64,000 nucleotides of DNA from Alphaproteobacteria bacterium (GTDB lineage: Bacteria; Pseudomonadota; Alphaproteobacteria; Rs-D84; CACZYB01), in the NCBI GenBank assembly GCA_017938435.1, contig JAGBBO010000008.1, positions 74,525 to 138,524 of the forward strand, in the 5' to 3' direction. The notes beneath the pieces were generated by a model. It ran no database searches, was not told the DNA's origin, and was given only the letters and a program-made list of their open reading frames with translations. Of the stretch, positions 47,494 to 57,085 are shown piece after piece (position 1 is the stretch's first letter; every line of letters starts with the position of its first letter). The position numbers were made by a program, and so were the translations under genes.

Positions 47494-48786
47494 TTATTTC
47501 CCCTTTATAACCTTTGCTATTACGGTTCCATCTTTTTCTATTTTTGTAATTTTTACAGGAACTATTGTATTTGATTTTATTTTATCTCCTATAATTTTTA
47601 CAAAAATATAATTTTCAGTATAACCTTGGTTATCTTTTTCAACAAGGACAGTTGTTGGCTTTCTTTTTTGCCTTTTTATAAATTTTAACTTTAATTTTTC
47701 ACCAAGAGAACGAAGTTTTTTTGCGCGTTCCTTTTTTACTTCGGTTTTGATTTGATTTGGCATTTTTGCAGCCAATGTGCCTTGTCTTATTGAATAAGGA
47801 AAAACATGAAGATGGGTTATTCCACATTTTTTTATAAGTTTGTATGTGTTTTCAAATTCTTTGTCTGTTTCACCAGGAAAACCGACAATTACATCCGCCC
47901 CTATTGCAATATTTTTTGAAATTTTATGAATTTTTTTACATAAAGTTATAATATCATCACGATTGTGACGGCGACGCATATCTGATAAAACTTTGTCATC
48001 CCCAGCTTGTATCGAAAGATGAAAATGAGGCATAAGCCTTTTATCTAATTTCATTAAGCCTAATATTTGATCGTAACTTTTTGCAGGATCAAGTGATGAT
48101 AGGCGAAGTCGTTCAAGTTTAGGAAATGTGTCTAAAATCTTTTTTACCAAACCGAATAATGATTTATCTTTTGTATCACTGCCGTATGCGGAAATATCAA
48201 CACCGGTTAAAATTATTTCCTTGTATCCTTCATGTAAAAAAGTTTTGCATTGGTTAAGAATGCTTTTTTCAGAAAAACTTTGATTTTTTCCACGGACAAG
48301 AGGGACAACACAAAATGAACAACGATTGTTGCAACCTTGTTGAATTTGAACAAAAGCCTTGGTTTTTCCATCAAATTTAAAGAGTTTATCTTGCGCTTTT
48401 ACCTCAATCATTTCAGGTGGATTTTTCAAAATTTCACCAACAAAGATGTGAGGTGCATTTTTTATTGAAAGTTTTGCAAGTTTTTTATAGTAATCAAAAA
48501 CAAGTTTTTCTTTGTTCCCTAAAATTGCAAAGATATTTTTTTCATCCTTGTAATTTTGCCATGAATTTTGAGCAGAGCAACCTGTGATGATAATTTTTTT
48601 CTTTGGGTTTTCCTTTATAATCTTATGAATTTGTTGTTTGGCTTGGCGTTCAGCCTCACTTGTCACCGCACAAGTATGAACTATTATAACATTTTTTAAT
48701 CCTGCATTTTCGGCGTGTTTGCGAATAATTTCAGATTCAAAAGTGTTTAAACGACAACCAAATGTTATAACATTTATTTTATCCAT
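47494..48786 (-). CDS. mtaB: radical-SAM tRNA methylthiotransferase, MtaB-like (MiaB/RimO family)
   Basis: 430 aa with an N-terminal MTTase domain (ITFGCRLNTFESE), a radical SAM CxxxCxxC motif (CNNRCSFCVVP) and a C-terminal TRAM domain. Confidence 0.75.
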   Translation of the reverse strand: MDKINVITFGCRLNTFESEIIRKHAENAGLKNVIIVHTCAVTSEAERQAKQQIHKIIKENPKKKIIITGCSAQNSWQNYKDEKNIFAILGNKEKLVFDYYKKLAKLSIKNAPHIFVGEILKNPPEMIEVKAQDKLFKFDGKTKAFVQIQQGCNNRCSFCVVPLVRGKNQSFSEKSILNQCKTFLHEGYKEIILTGVDISAYGSDTKDKSLFGLVKKILDTFPKLERLRLSSLDPAKSYDQILGLMKLDKRLMPHFHLSIQAGDDKVLSDMRRRHNRDDIITLCKKIHKISKNIAIGADVIVGFPGETDKEFENTYKLIKKCGITHLHVFPYSIRQGTLAAKMPNQIKTEVKKERAKKLRSLGEKLKLKFIKRQKRKPTTVLVEKDNQGYTENYIFVKIIGDKIKSNTIVPVKITKIEKDGTVIAKVIKGK

Positions 48787-48880
48787 AATTTTTTCCCTTA
48801 AAAAAATAAAAAAAACCTTGCAAAGATTTTAAGTTTAATGTAAATTATTTTCTACAACTATTATAATAGGAGTTTTTTAA

Positions 48881-49243
48881 ATGGCAAGAGTTACTGTTGA
48901 AAATTGTTTAGATAAAGTTAACGATAGATTTGAATTAGTTATTGTTGCTTCTCAACGTGCAAAGGAACTTTACAATGGTTCACCTGCTATGATTGAAAAG
49001 GATGATGATAAGAATACTGTTATTTCTCTTCGTGAAATTGAGGAAAACAAACTTAATCTTAAAAAGATAAAGGATGATGTTATCCTTGGTTTCCGTCGCA
49101 ATTTGGCTTTTAAAGATACAGAAGATGAAAATAAAGAACTTGAATTTATTGAAAAAGAAATTATGAGCGATGTTGTGTTTGAAGATGAGAATCAGGAACT
49201 TAATAATGTTTCAGAAGAGGAACTTAATACAATAGAAGCGTAA
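48881..49243 (+). CDS. rpoZ: DNA-directed RNA polymerase subunit omega
   Basis: N-terminus [30 protein letters not shown]. Confidence 0.85.
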   Translation: MARVTVENCLDKVNDRFELVIVASQRAKELYNGSPAMIEKDDDKNTVISLREIEENKLNLKKIKDDVILGFRRNLAFKDTEDENKELEFIEKEIMSDVVFEDENQELNNVSEEELNTIEA

Positions 49244-49265
49244 AGTTTTATTTTGTTTTTCGTTA

Positions 49266-49296
49266 GAAGGCAGGGCTTTGTTACCTGCCTTTATTT
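49266..49296. terminator. bidirectional rho-independent terminator
   Basis: aggcagggctttgttacctgcctttatttttt. Confidence 0.55.
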
Positions 49297-49856
49297 TTTG
49301 AAAAAATATCGATATAAAATTGTTGTTTAAGAATTTCTTTTTCTGTTTTTGGTAAATAGAATCGAGTAAGTTTATTTATATATTGTTCCAATGTTTGTTT
49401 TTTATGCATGTGATTTTTACAAAAATTAAGTTCGTTTTTATTATAATTTATTTCATTTTTTATTGTTTCTTTTTTATTGATTAGGCGATTAAGTTCATTT
49501 TTATATTTTAATACAGATGATTTTGAAAGGGTATTTGATGGATATTTTTTGATTATTGAAATTATTTCCTTTTTTAAATTTAAAGTTTTTTGGAACAATT
49601 CAATTTCTTCAATATTGTAAATCCTATTTATGCTGGAATTTAATTCTTTTTCAAATTTATTATAGATTTGGTTTGATTGTTTTGTTTTTATATATTGAAG
49701 TTCTTTTATTAAATAAGATTTTTCTTTTTCAAGATGTTTATATTTTATATTTATAATTTTTATTTCCGATAAAAGGTTTATTATTTTGTAATAATCTTCT
49801 TTTGAAATACTATCATTTTCGATGTTTTCAATTAAAATTTTATTAAAAGTTGTCAT
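49281..49856 (-). CDS. hypothetical coiled-coil protein
   Basis: 191 aa, Lys/Glu/Asn/Ile-rich with heptad-like repeats. No domain recognised. Confidence 0.45.
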   Translation of the reverse strand: MTTFNKILIENIENDSISKEDYYKIINLLSEIKIINIKYKHLEKEKSYLIKELQYIKTKQSNQIYNKFEKELNSSINRIYNIEEIELFQKTLNLKKEIISIIKKYPSNTLSKSSVLKYKNELNRLINKKETIKNEINYNKNELNFCKNHMHKKQTLEQYINKLTRFYLPKTEKEILKQQFYIDIFSKNKGR

Positions 49857-49936
49857 TTATACCTCCATTTTGTATGGGAGAACATAAAGTAATTTATTTG
49901 AAAAATCAATAGGATAGATTTCTTTTATTTTTTTAA

Positions 49937-49964
49937 CTTTATATTATTGACAATTTATTTTTTT
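49937..49964 (+). promoter_or_regulatory. sigma70-like promoter (TTGACA-16-TAATAT), duplicate of 916-944
   Basis: About 30 nt identical to the promoter upstream of 1002. Followed by the shared UTR motif AAGCGATTCGAAAATG. Confidence 0.55.
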
Positions 49965-50031
49965 TGTTTAATATAATAATAAAGCGATTCGAAAATGAAT
50001 TGAATGATAACTAAAAATAGGGAGTTTAAAA

Positions 50032-50559
50032 ATGAGTTTAAGAGATAGAATAGAAGATTTTATATATAATGTTGATGAAATTCAAATTGCTATCTTGTTA
50101 GTTTCTCTTATTATAGGTACTGCAACTGCTATAGGTGTTTCGTCTAATAAATCTGAATTAAAAAATACTAATTTTGAAATAAAAGAAGCTCCTGTTTTAG
50201 CAAAGTTTTCAGAACAAAATATTGGGGGAAATAGTCATAGTATTTCAACAAACTATGATTATAGATTTATTCTTGATATTGATGAAGATGGTCTTTATAA
50301 CAAAAATAAAGATATTGTTATTGCTGGTGATAATATTCCTTATTACCTTTTAGAAAAAGATAATAGAATAGTTTATCTTGAAGTAACTCGTAAAGATAAT
50401 GTTCTTAGAAGATCTCCTCTTGTTGTTAAAGATAAAGAAGAGAAGTCGCATTTGGTTTCTGAAGTTGAAGATTGTTGTAATGTTAAATTTTGGAAAAAAA
50501 ATGAATCATTTAATAAAACAAACCAAATTTTTAAAGATAAATATATAAATCAAAGATAA
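50032..50559 (+). CDS. hypothetical membrane-anchored protein, paralog B of the duplicated cassette
   Basis: 175 aa with an N-terminal TM helix. Paralogous to 1002-1583. Confidence 0.7.
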   Translation: MSLRDRIEDFIYNVDEIQIAILLVSLIIGTATAIGVSSNKSELKNTNFEIKEAPVLAKFSEQNIGGNSHSISTNYDYRFILDIDEDGLYNKNKDIVIAGDNIPYYLLEKDNRIVYLEVTRKDNVLRRSPLVVKDKEEKSHLVSEVEDCCNVKFWKKNESFNKTNQIFKDKYINQR

Positions 50560-50562
50560 ATA

Positions 50563-50592
50563 AAACCCCGTCAGATGACGGGGAATTTTTTA
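50563..50592. terminator. bidirectional rho-independent terminator
   Basis: aaaaccccgtcagatgacggggaatttttt. Nearly the same hairpin as at 1600-1630. Confidence 0.65.
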
Positions 50593-52374
50593 ACCAAACA
50601 ATTTTGCAAAGAAACCTTTTTTCTGTTTTTTGGTCTTTTGCATTTTGTTTGCAGGACTTTTCTTGATAAGTTCAGTATTTTTTTGTTTTTTACTATCGTT
50701 TCTGAACTTTGTGTTTGCAGGTTCTTTTTCACGGAAATATGTTCCAAGTTTACGATCCAAGTCCATTTTTTCAAGAACAAATGATTTTTCATTTAAAATA
50801 TTATCATCGCCATTGATTATAATGCTTGTATCGTATCTTTCTTCTAATTCAAGCAAGTCATCGCGTTTTTGGTTAAGTGTATAAAGTGCGACATCTGAAG
50901 ATACAGCAACATAAATGCGTTTTGCAGTCTTTTTCAAAAGTTCCTCTTCGATATGTCTTAAAAGGTTGATAGATGCAGTTTGAACTGATGGAACAAATCC
51001 AGTGCCAAGACAATGTGGGCAAACCTTGTGTCCAACTTCTAAGAAACTTGGGCGAAGGCGTTGGCGAGAAATTTCCATCAAACCAAATTGTGAAAGTTTT
51101 GCCATTTGAACCTTTGCTCTATCTTTCTTTAATGCTTCACGCATTTTTTGTTCAACAGCTTGATTATGTTTTGGATCAAGCATATCAATAAAGTCAACAA
51201 CTACTAAACCACCCATATCGCGAAGACGAAGTTGACGACCAATTTCAATAGCTGATTCAATATTTGTTTTAAGTGCAGTTTCTTCGATATTTCTTTCTTT
51301 TGTTGCACGGCCAGAGTTAACATCTATTGCTGTTAAAGCCTCGGTTGGATTGATTACCAAATATCCACCACTAGGAAGTTTTACTATTGGGTTTTGAACG
51401 GCTTCGAGTTGAGCTTCTATTTTATTTTCTATAAAAAGAGGAGCCTTGTCATTATATTTTTTAATCTTTTTAATTTCATCAAAACCAATTTGTTTTGCAA
51501 ATTCAATAGCTTGTCTATAACCTTCATCCCCTTCAATAAGGATTTCATCAACATCCGGTTTATACATATCACGGATAGTTCTGTGAAGCAAATCACCTTC
51601 TTCGTGAATAAGGGCAGGTGCAGTAGATGCAAGTGTTGTTTTTCTTATATCATTCCAAAGGTTAATAAGATAGTTATAATCGCCAAGAATATCTTTGTAT
51701 GTTCTGTTGCAACCAGCAGTTCTTGCAATAACAGTCATACCTTCTGAAATAGGTAAATCCTTTAAAATATTTTTAAGTTCTTTTCTTTCTTCACCGTATG
51801 GAATTTTACGAGATACGCCATATTTTACTCGTTTATTACTGTTTGGCATAAGAACACAATAACGGCCAGCAAGTGAAATATAAGTTGTAATTGCGGCACC
51901 TTTGTTTCCACGCTCTTCCTTTTCCACCTGAATAAGAAGTATTTGGCCGGATTTGATAACTTCTTGTATTTTATATTTTTTAAGAAGAAGTTTTCTTTTT
52001 TCTTCGGCTTGTTTTTCAGCAATTTCATCTTCATCATCAGAAAATGTTTCAACACCAGTATCTTGGCTATTATCTTCATCTTCTTCTTCGTCAGATGATG
52101 TTATTAACAAAGCCTTTTTATCTTCTATAGGGATTTGGAAATAGTCCGGGTGTATTTCAGAAAATGGTAAAAATCCGTGTTTAACGCCACCATATTCCAC
52201 AAACGCAGATTGAAGTGAAGGTTCAACACGAATCACTTTTGCCAAATAAATATTACCCTTAATTTCCTTTTTAGTTATTGATTCTACTTCGAAATCTTCT
52301 AATATATTATTTTCTGTAATAGCTACACGAGTTTCCTCGGAATGTGTAGCATCTATCAATATTTTCTTTGTCAT
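50590..52374 (-). CDS. rne: ribonuclease E/G family endoribonuclease (short RNase E with acidic insertion in S1 domain)
   Basis: 594 aa with an N-terminal S1 domain interrupted by a Ser/Asp/Glu-rich insert. The catalytic DNase-I-like core and a Zn-link CPxCxGxG (CPHCLGTG). Confidence 0.85.
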   Translation of the reverse strand: MTKKILIDATHSEETRVAITENNILEDFEVESITKKEIKGNIYLAKVIRVEPSLQSAFVEYGGVKHGFLPFSEIHPDYFQIPIEDKKALLITSSDEEEDEDNSQDTGVETFSDDEDEIAEKQAEEKRKLLLKKYKIQEVIKSGQILLIQVEKEERGNKGAAITTYISLAGRYCVLMPNSNKRVKYGVSRKIPYGEERKELKNILKDLPISEGMTVIARTAGCNRTYKDILGDYNYLINLWNDIRKTTLASTAPALIHEEGDLLHRTIRDMYKPDVDEILIEGDEGYRQAIEFAKQIGFDEIKKIKKYNDKAPLFIENKIEAQLEAVQNPIVKLPSGGYLVINPTEALTAIDVNSGRATKERNIEETALKTNIESAIEIGRQLRLRDMGGLVVVDFIDMLDPKHNQAVEQKMREALKKDRAKVQMAKLSQFGLMEISRQRLRPSFLEVGHKVCPHCLGTGFVPSVQTASINLLRHIEEELLKKTAKRIYVAVSSDVALYTLNQKRDDLLELEERYDTSIIINGDDNILNEKSFVLEKMDLDRKLGTYFREKEPANTKFRNDSKKQKNTELIKKSPANKMQKTKKQKKGFFAKLFG

Positions 52375-52709
52375 TTTCCTTAAATCTCCAATACTTTATA
52401 TCTTTTTTATTAACAAAATTTTGTGAGTTTAGTTTATACCCAGTTGCATATTCGCAGACAAAGGTATTTTCAAAGTTAAATAAATCAAAACAGAGGACCG
52501 AAGCATTGCCATTTAATGCTTTGGTTATATTTTTAAGAAATTTTGAAATTATTTTTATCATAACAGAACCAATTTCTTTATTTTTATTTAACTGGCAACA
52601 ATTATACTTTAAAAACAAAAATTTACAAGTTTTTTTATTATTTACTTTTAATTTTTATTTTATGTTATATAATTTTATGTGAGAAGAGTTTCATTTTAAA
52701 GGTTTTATT

Positions 52710-53960
52710 GTGAAAATTTTTAGTAAAATAAAGGGTTTATTTTTTTGTTTGAGTTTTGTTTTGCTATCAAATCTAGGATTGGCAAAAAATACTGCTGTTG
52801 TGGTAAGAACAGGTATTCAACCTATGAATGTATCTAGGTTTGTTTTGGAAATGACTGAGGATACTTCTTATAAAATCCTTTATCTTGATAATCCAAAAAG
52901 AATTGTTGTGGATATTCCAGATGTTGATGTTTCAAAAGTTAAGAAAGAATCTTTGAAATCTGGGTTTATTTCAGATGTTCGTATTGGAAAATTGAATACA
53001 AAAACTTCGCGTGTAGTTTTGGATTTATCTACCCCGGCCGTGGTTAAAAAGGATTTTATACTGAAACCATTAGGAAATAATAAAAATTACAGGTTGGTTT
53101 TGGATATTGAATCTGTTTCTTTGACTGAATTTTCAAAATTTATTGGTAAAAAAGTAGAAGATGTTATTGAAGAAACTGTCGTAACTCCGGTAAAAACTAC
53201 TAATACAGTAATTACAAAGACAAAAACTACTACGACTACAACAAAGGTTAAAAAAGGAACAAAGCAAAATATTGCTGTGAAGAAAAATAATAAAAAAACT
53301 ATTGTGATTGATGCAGGACATGGTGGTAAAGATCCTGGAACAATAGGTCGAAATGGAACTTATGAAAAAGTGATTGCCCTTTCACTTGCAAAACAACTTA
53401 GGGATATTTTGGTGAAAAATCCTGATTATCGCGTAATTTTGACCCGTGATAATGATACATTTATACAATTACAGGATAGGGCAAAGATTGCAGAGCGTGA
53501 AAATGCAAATATTTTTGTTTCAATCCATCTTAATAGTAGCCCTAATAAGCAAACTCATGGATTTTCCATATATACTTTGAATGAAAAGGCAACCGATGAT
53601 GAGGCAAGAAAGATTGCGGAAAAGGAAAATGCTGCTGATTTATTGGGTATAGGTTCATTTGAAGGTTATGATAATATTACAAAAAATATTTTGGGTGATT
53701 TACTTCAAACACAGGTTAAAATTGCATCGGTTGAACTTGCAACCGAAATGGTAAATCAGGTGAAACAAGAAATTTCTTGTATTTATCAGCCTCATAGGGA
53801 GGCTCCGTTTATAGTTCTTCGTTCCTCAATTCCTTCTGTTTTGATTGAGGCAGGTTTCCTTTCCAATAAAGAAGAGGAAAAACGACTTAACCAAAAATGG
53901 TATAGGGAAAAAATGGCATATTCGTTCGCCCGTGCGATTGATAAGGTCCTTAAAGATTAG
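52710..53960 (+). CDS. amiC: N-acetylmuramoyl-L-alanine amidase with N-terminal AMIN domain (GTG start)
   Basis: 416 aa. Signal peptide, AMIN domain, Thr-rich linker, then an Amidase_3 domain (VIDAGHGGKDPG...SIHLNS). Confidence 0.85.
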   Translation: MKIFSKIKGLFFCLSFVLLSNLGLAKNTAVVVRTGIQPMNVSRFVLEMTEDTSYKILYLDNPKRIVVDIPDVDVSKVKKESLKSGFISDVRIGKLNTKTSRVVLDLSTPAVVKKDFILKPLGNNKNYRLVLDIESVSLTEFSKFIGKKVEDVIEETVVTPVKTTNTVITKTKTTTTTTKVKKGTKQNIAVKKNNKKTIVIDAGHGGKDPGTIGRNGTYEKVIALSLAKQLRDILVKNPDYRVILTRDNDTFIQLQDRAKIAERENANIFVSIHLNSSPNKQTHGFSIYTLNEKATDDEARKIAEKENAADLLGIGSFEGYDNITKNILGDLLQTQVKIASVELATEMVNQVKQEISCIYQPHREAPFIVLRSSIPSVLIEAGFLSNKEEEKRLNQKWYREKMAYSFARAIDKVLKD

Positions 53961-54030
53961 TTTTTTGGGATGATAAAGGTATTATGTTTAAACTAGATTC
54001 CAGTGTTGGGACTAAGGTAACACAAAAAAA

Positions 54031-54053
54031 TAACCCCTCCGAAGAGGGGATAT
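54031..54053. terminator. bidirectional rho-independent terminator
   Basis: taacccctccgaagaggggatat. Confidence 0.6.
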
Positions 54054-54054
54054 A

Positions 54055-55098
54055 TTATTTTCTTGTAAATGTTGTATATACATTAAGACCGCCACTTTTA
54101 CTTTTATAAAAATAAGAATCTGTATCAACGAAATTAAGTCCACCATTATGTACAGATGGATCATAGCTTCTTGGAAATTGATCCACTTCATCTTGAGAAC
54201 AATAGACTGTTACACTCCGATTTCCAAGATTATTAGTTGAAAAATCATAAGTAATAAGATAATAATCTGTAGTGCCATACCACTCTGTATCTAATGTTTT
54301 ATTAAATCCATCATTTGCCTCACTAATATATGTATAGGTTACAACAGAAGAATAAGTGTCATTCCCGTTATCGTTACATCCGCCAACCCTTCGTTTATAA
54401 GCATAAAGACTTAATTTACAATTATTACCACTTCTATAATATCCTGAGTTACATGCAAAATTACATGCATTATCTGTCCAATAACCACCGGCCTTTGTTC
54501 CGCAAGAATGACAGTCAGAACCGGTATAACCTGTATGACATGTATAACCGCAACCACTTGATGAAGACCAACCTGAATTACTTGGTTTTGAACATGCTGT
54601 ACAGGTTCCATTTGTCGTAGCAGAGCAATAATTATGTCCTGAACAAGACATAGCTTTTGATTCTGTTGTTGTTTCCGAATTTCCAGTTGGTGATGTAGAA
54701 CCTGCTTTTGTGCAATACTTTGTCACACTTCTTGTTACCGTTCCACAATTTCCACCCCATGTTCCATAATTTGTTGAAGAACAAGAACTACAACTTGATG
54801 CTCCTCTACCTGAGTATGTTCCTGCACCACAACTACTACATCCGGTTGAACCAGTTTGGTTTGCACCTTTGTTCGAGTAAGTTCCGGCGTTACATGTTGA
54901 GCAAGAACTTGCATTACCAGTTGAGTATTGACCGGCTGGACATTCCTTACATTTTTCTAATGTTCCATCACTGTAAGTTCCCGCAGCACAGCTTTGACAC
55001 ACGAACAAATATGGGTATTGCAAAGCGTGTGCATCTTGGTTTGTATATGTTGTTGCAATTGCAAAAATTGATGCAGTTGTTAGATTTCTTAACTTCAT
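54055..55098 (-). CDS. secreted Cys-rich repeat protein (CxxCxxGTYS ephrin-receptor-like / GCC2_GCC3-type repeats)
   Basis: 347 aa. Signal peptide. At least 4 tandem repeats of the C-x2-C-x-AG-T/Q-YS...C-x2-C type, plus further Cys-rich modules. The C-terminal ~120 aa are Cys-poor and Tyr/Thr-rich. Confidence 0.65.
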   Translation of the reverse strand: MKLRNLTTASIFAIATTYTNQDAHALQYPYLFVCQSCAAGTYSDGTLEKCKECPAGQYSTGNASSCSTCNAGTYSNKGANQTGSTGCSSCGAGTYSGRGASSCSSCSSTNYGTWGGNCGTVTRSVTKYCTKAGSTSPTGNSETTTESKAMSCSGHNYCSATTNGTCTACSKPSNSGWSSSSGCGYTCHTGYTGSDCHSCGTKAGGYWTDNACNFACNSGYYRSGNNCKLSLYAYKRRVGGCNDNGNDTYSSVVTYTYISEANDGFNKTLDTEWYGTTDYYLITYDFSTNNLGNRSVTVYCSQDEVDQFPRSYDPSVHNGGLNFVDTDSYFYKSKSGGLNVYTTFTRK

Positions 55099-55107
55099 AT
55101 TTTCCTC

Positions 55108-55440
55108 CTATTTTGAAATTTTTAATTTGTATTGACCTGCGGAACAATTCGATGCGCCACCCTTTACAAAATATCCTGTTGGGCATTTTGGTTTGCAACG
55201 GCGAAGTGCCGAGTCATAAACAAGGTATGTGGAATCTGCACATTTACAAGGTTGTCCTTTTATATAATCCGCCTCGAACACGCCACCACAAGTAGGGTAA
55301 CCATCGGGTGCCTGCCAATTTGGTTGATTTGTTGGAATAGGAACACAGTATTTGCTAAGTGCATTAGTGATTTGCCCGGATGTTGCGGAATATGCCGGAG
55401 CATTCGCAAGCAACAGAGCAATTAGAAGTAATTTTTTCAT
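55108..55440 (-). CDS. small secreted Cys-rich protein with the same CxxCPxGYF / CSAGQY repeat type
   Basis: 110 aa with a signal peptide (ANAPAYSA). Eight Cys residues. Lies 9 bp upstream of the larger Cys-rich gene, which has an RBS aggagg. Confidence 0.6.
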   Translation of the reverse strand: MKKLLLIALLLANAPAYSATSGQITNALSKYCVPIPTNQPNWQAPDGYPTCGGVFEADYIKGQPCKCADSTYLVYDSALRRCKPKCPTGYFVKGGASNCSAGQYKLKISK

Positions 55441-55494
55441 TCTCCCTCCATAATTTTATTTTTTTGGTTTTTGTTTGCTTTGTTTTTTCCCTTT

Positions 55495-55960
55495 ACCTCC
55501 TCAAAAGAGGGAGGGCGGAAAAACTACGAAAAATCCGCCCATGGTAGGACGAAGTAAACATGGAAAACTTCGCCCGTAAGGGAGGGTAAGAAGCGCTATC
55601 AGAATCTTACCCACAAAGTGGAATGTTAAACCAATTAAAAACATTCCTTGTTTTGCACAAAAACGCATACGCGAAATCGTTGCAAAAAATTTTGTAGTTG
55701 AAAGTTTGTTTGGATTTTTTCTTCCCGTCCTCACCGTCAACCACTTGCACCCAAGTAGCGGGGAGTTCAAGAATCACATAACGAGATTGTTTTGATTTTT
55801 AAGATTTCTCTTTGGACATATATCAAAACCTCCCCGCACGAGGCAGGGGAAATAGTGCCGTTATATGCACCATTTACTTTTGTTATGTAAGACTCTTGAC
55901 AGTCCCGCATCCATTTGGATACTTGATACAGTTTTCACCGTATCCAAATTTGATGTTAAC
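55495..55960. ncRNA. GC-elevated, hairpin-dense non-coding region; candidate structured RNA of unknown class (or decayed pseudogene)
   Basis: About 45% GC against ~30% background. No ORF longer than 89 aa. Many perfect stem-loops (GGGCGGA...TCCGCCC; GGGTAAGA...TCTTACCC; GGAATGTT...AACATTCC; CATCCATTTGGATAC...GTATCCAAATTTGATG). Confidence 0.3.
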
Positions 55961-56056
55961 CTAATAATAAAATAAAAACAAGAAATTTTTTAAATAGGGT
56001 TTATCTTGACACTTTTAGGAAAATAAAATACTCTTGTGCCAAAAGGAGTTTTTATT

Positions 56057-57085
56057 ATGCGTGTCGATTTATTTGATTTTGATTTACCTGAAAAATTTAT
56101 AGCAAAAGAACCTATGAAAAAGCGTGATGAAGCTAAATTATTACTTGTTCCTTCTTTGGAAAATAAAAAAGTAAAGGATTTGGTTGATATCTTGCCTAAG
56201 GATAGTTTGATTGTTTTTAATAATACAAAAGTTATCCCTGCAAGAATTTTTGGTGTTTGTAAGGATAGGCATTTTGAAGCCACATTACACAAAAATATTG
56301 CTCTTGATACATGGTTGGCTTTTATTAGAAATTCAAAAAAACTTCACGAAGGAGATGAAATTTCATTTGGCGATGGACTTTTGATTGGAACAGTAAAATC
56401 AAAACAAGGTGAAAGTGGTGTGGAACTTTGTTTTAACAAATCAGGGCATGAATTTTTTGATGTATTGGCAAAAATTGGAACTTTACCACTTCCTCCGTAT
56501 TTAAAAAGAGAAGTGACAAAGGAAGACTTTGAAAACTATCAAACCGTGTATGCAAAGATTGAAGGGGCAGTTGCTGCACCTACGGCTGGACTTCATTTTA
56601 CAGATGAACTTTTACAAAAATTAAAAGATAAAGGGATTGAAATGGTAGAACTTACTTTGCATGTTGGAGCAGGAACATTTCAGCCTGTGAAAGTAGAAGA
56701 TACAAAAGATCATAAAATGCATTCAGAATATGTTGTTATAACCGAAGAGGTCGCAAATAAAATAAATAATGCAAAAAAAGCAGGAAAGAAAATTATTGGT
56801 GTTGGAACTACTGTTTTAAGGTCATTAGAATCGGCTGTGGATAGTGATGGTTGGATACATCCATTTGCAAAGGAAACAGATATTTTTATTACCCCACCAT
56901 ATACTTTTAAATCTATTGATTATTTGATGACAAATTTCCATTTACCAAAATCAACTTTGTTTATGTTGGTGTGTGCTTTTGCAGGAATGGAGGAAATGAA
57001 AAAAGCGTATGAATTTGCAAAAGAAAATGATTATCGCTTTTATTCCTATGGTGATGCTTCACTTTTAAAACGAAAGGATAACTAA
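56057..57085 (+). CDS. queA: S-adenosylmethionine:tRNA ribosyltransferase-isomerase
   Basis: Start refined to MRVDLFDFDLPE. QueA motifs are present throughout (LPPYLKRE...TAGLHFT). Confidence 0.9.
   Translation: MRVDLFDFDLPEKFIAKEPMKKRDEAKLLLVPSLENKKVKDLVDILPKDSLIVFNNTKVIPARIFGVCKDRHFEATLHKNIALDTWLAFIRNSKKLHEGDEISFGDGLLIGTVKSKQGESGVELCFNKSGHEFFDVLAKIGTLPLPPYLKREVTKEDFENYQTVYAKIEGAVAAPTAGLHFTDELLQKLKDKGIEMVELTLHVGAGTFQPVKVEDTKDHKMHSEYVVITEEVANKINNAKKAGKKIIGVGTTVLRSLESAVDSDGWIHPFAKETDIFITPPYTFKSIDYLMTNFHLPKSTLFMLVCAFAGMEEMKKAYEFAKENDYRFYSYGDASLLKRKDN

Noticed and set aside
55495-55960. tmRNA (one- or two-piece), RNase P RNA, SRP RNA or tRNA identity for the GC-rich region
   Set aside because: I searched by eye on both strands and found no ANDN-type tag codons, no GGUUCGA/CCA acceptor module, no GGAAAGUCCGG P4 strand and no SRP GGAA/AGCAGC loop. 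Only weak RNase-P-like fragments are present. It is therefore left as an unclassified structured region rather than called.
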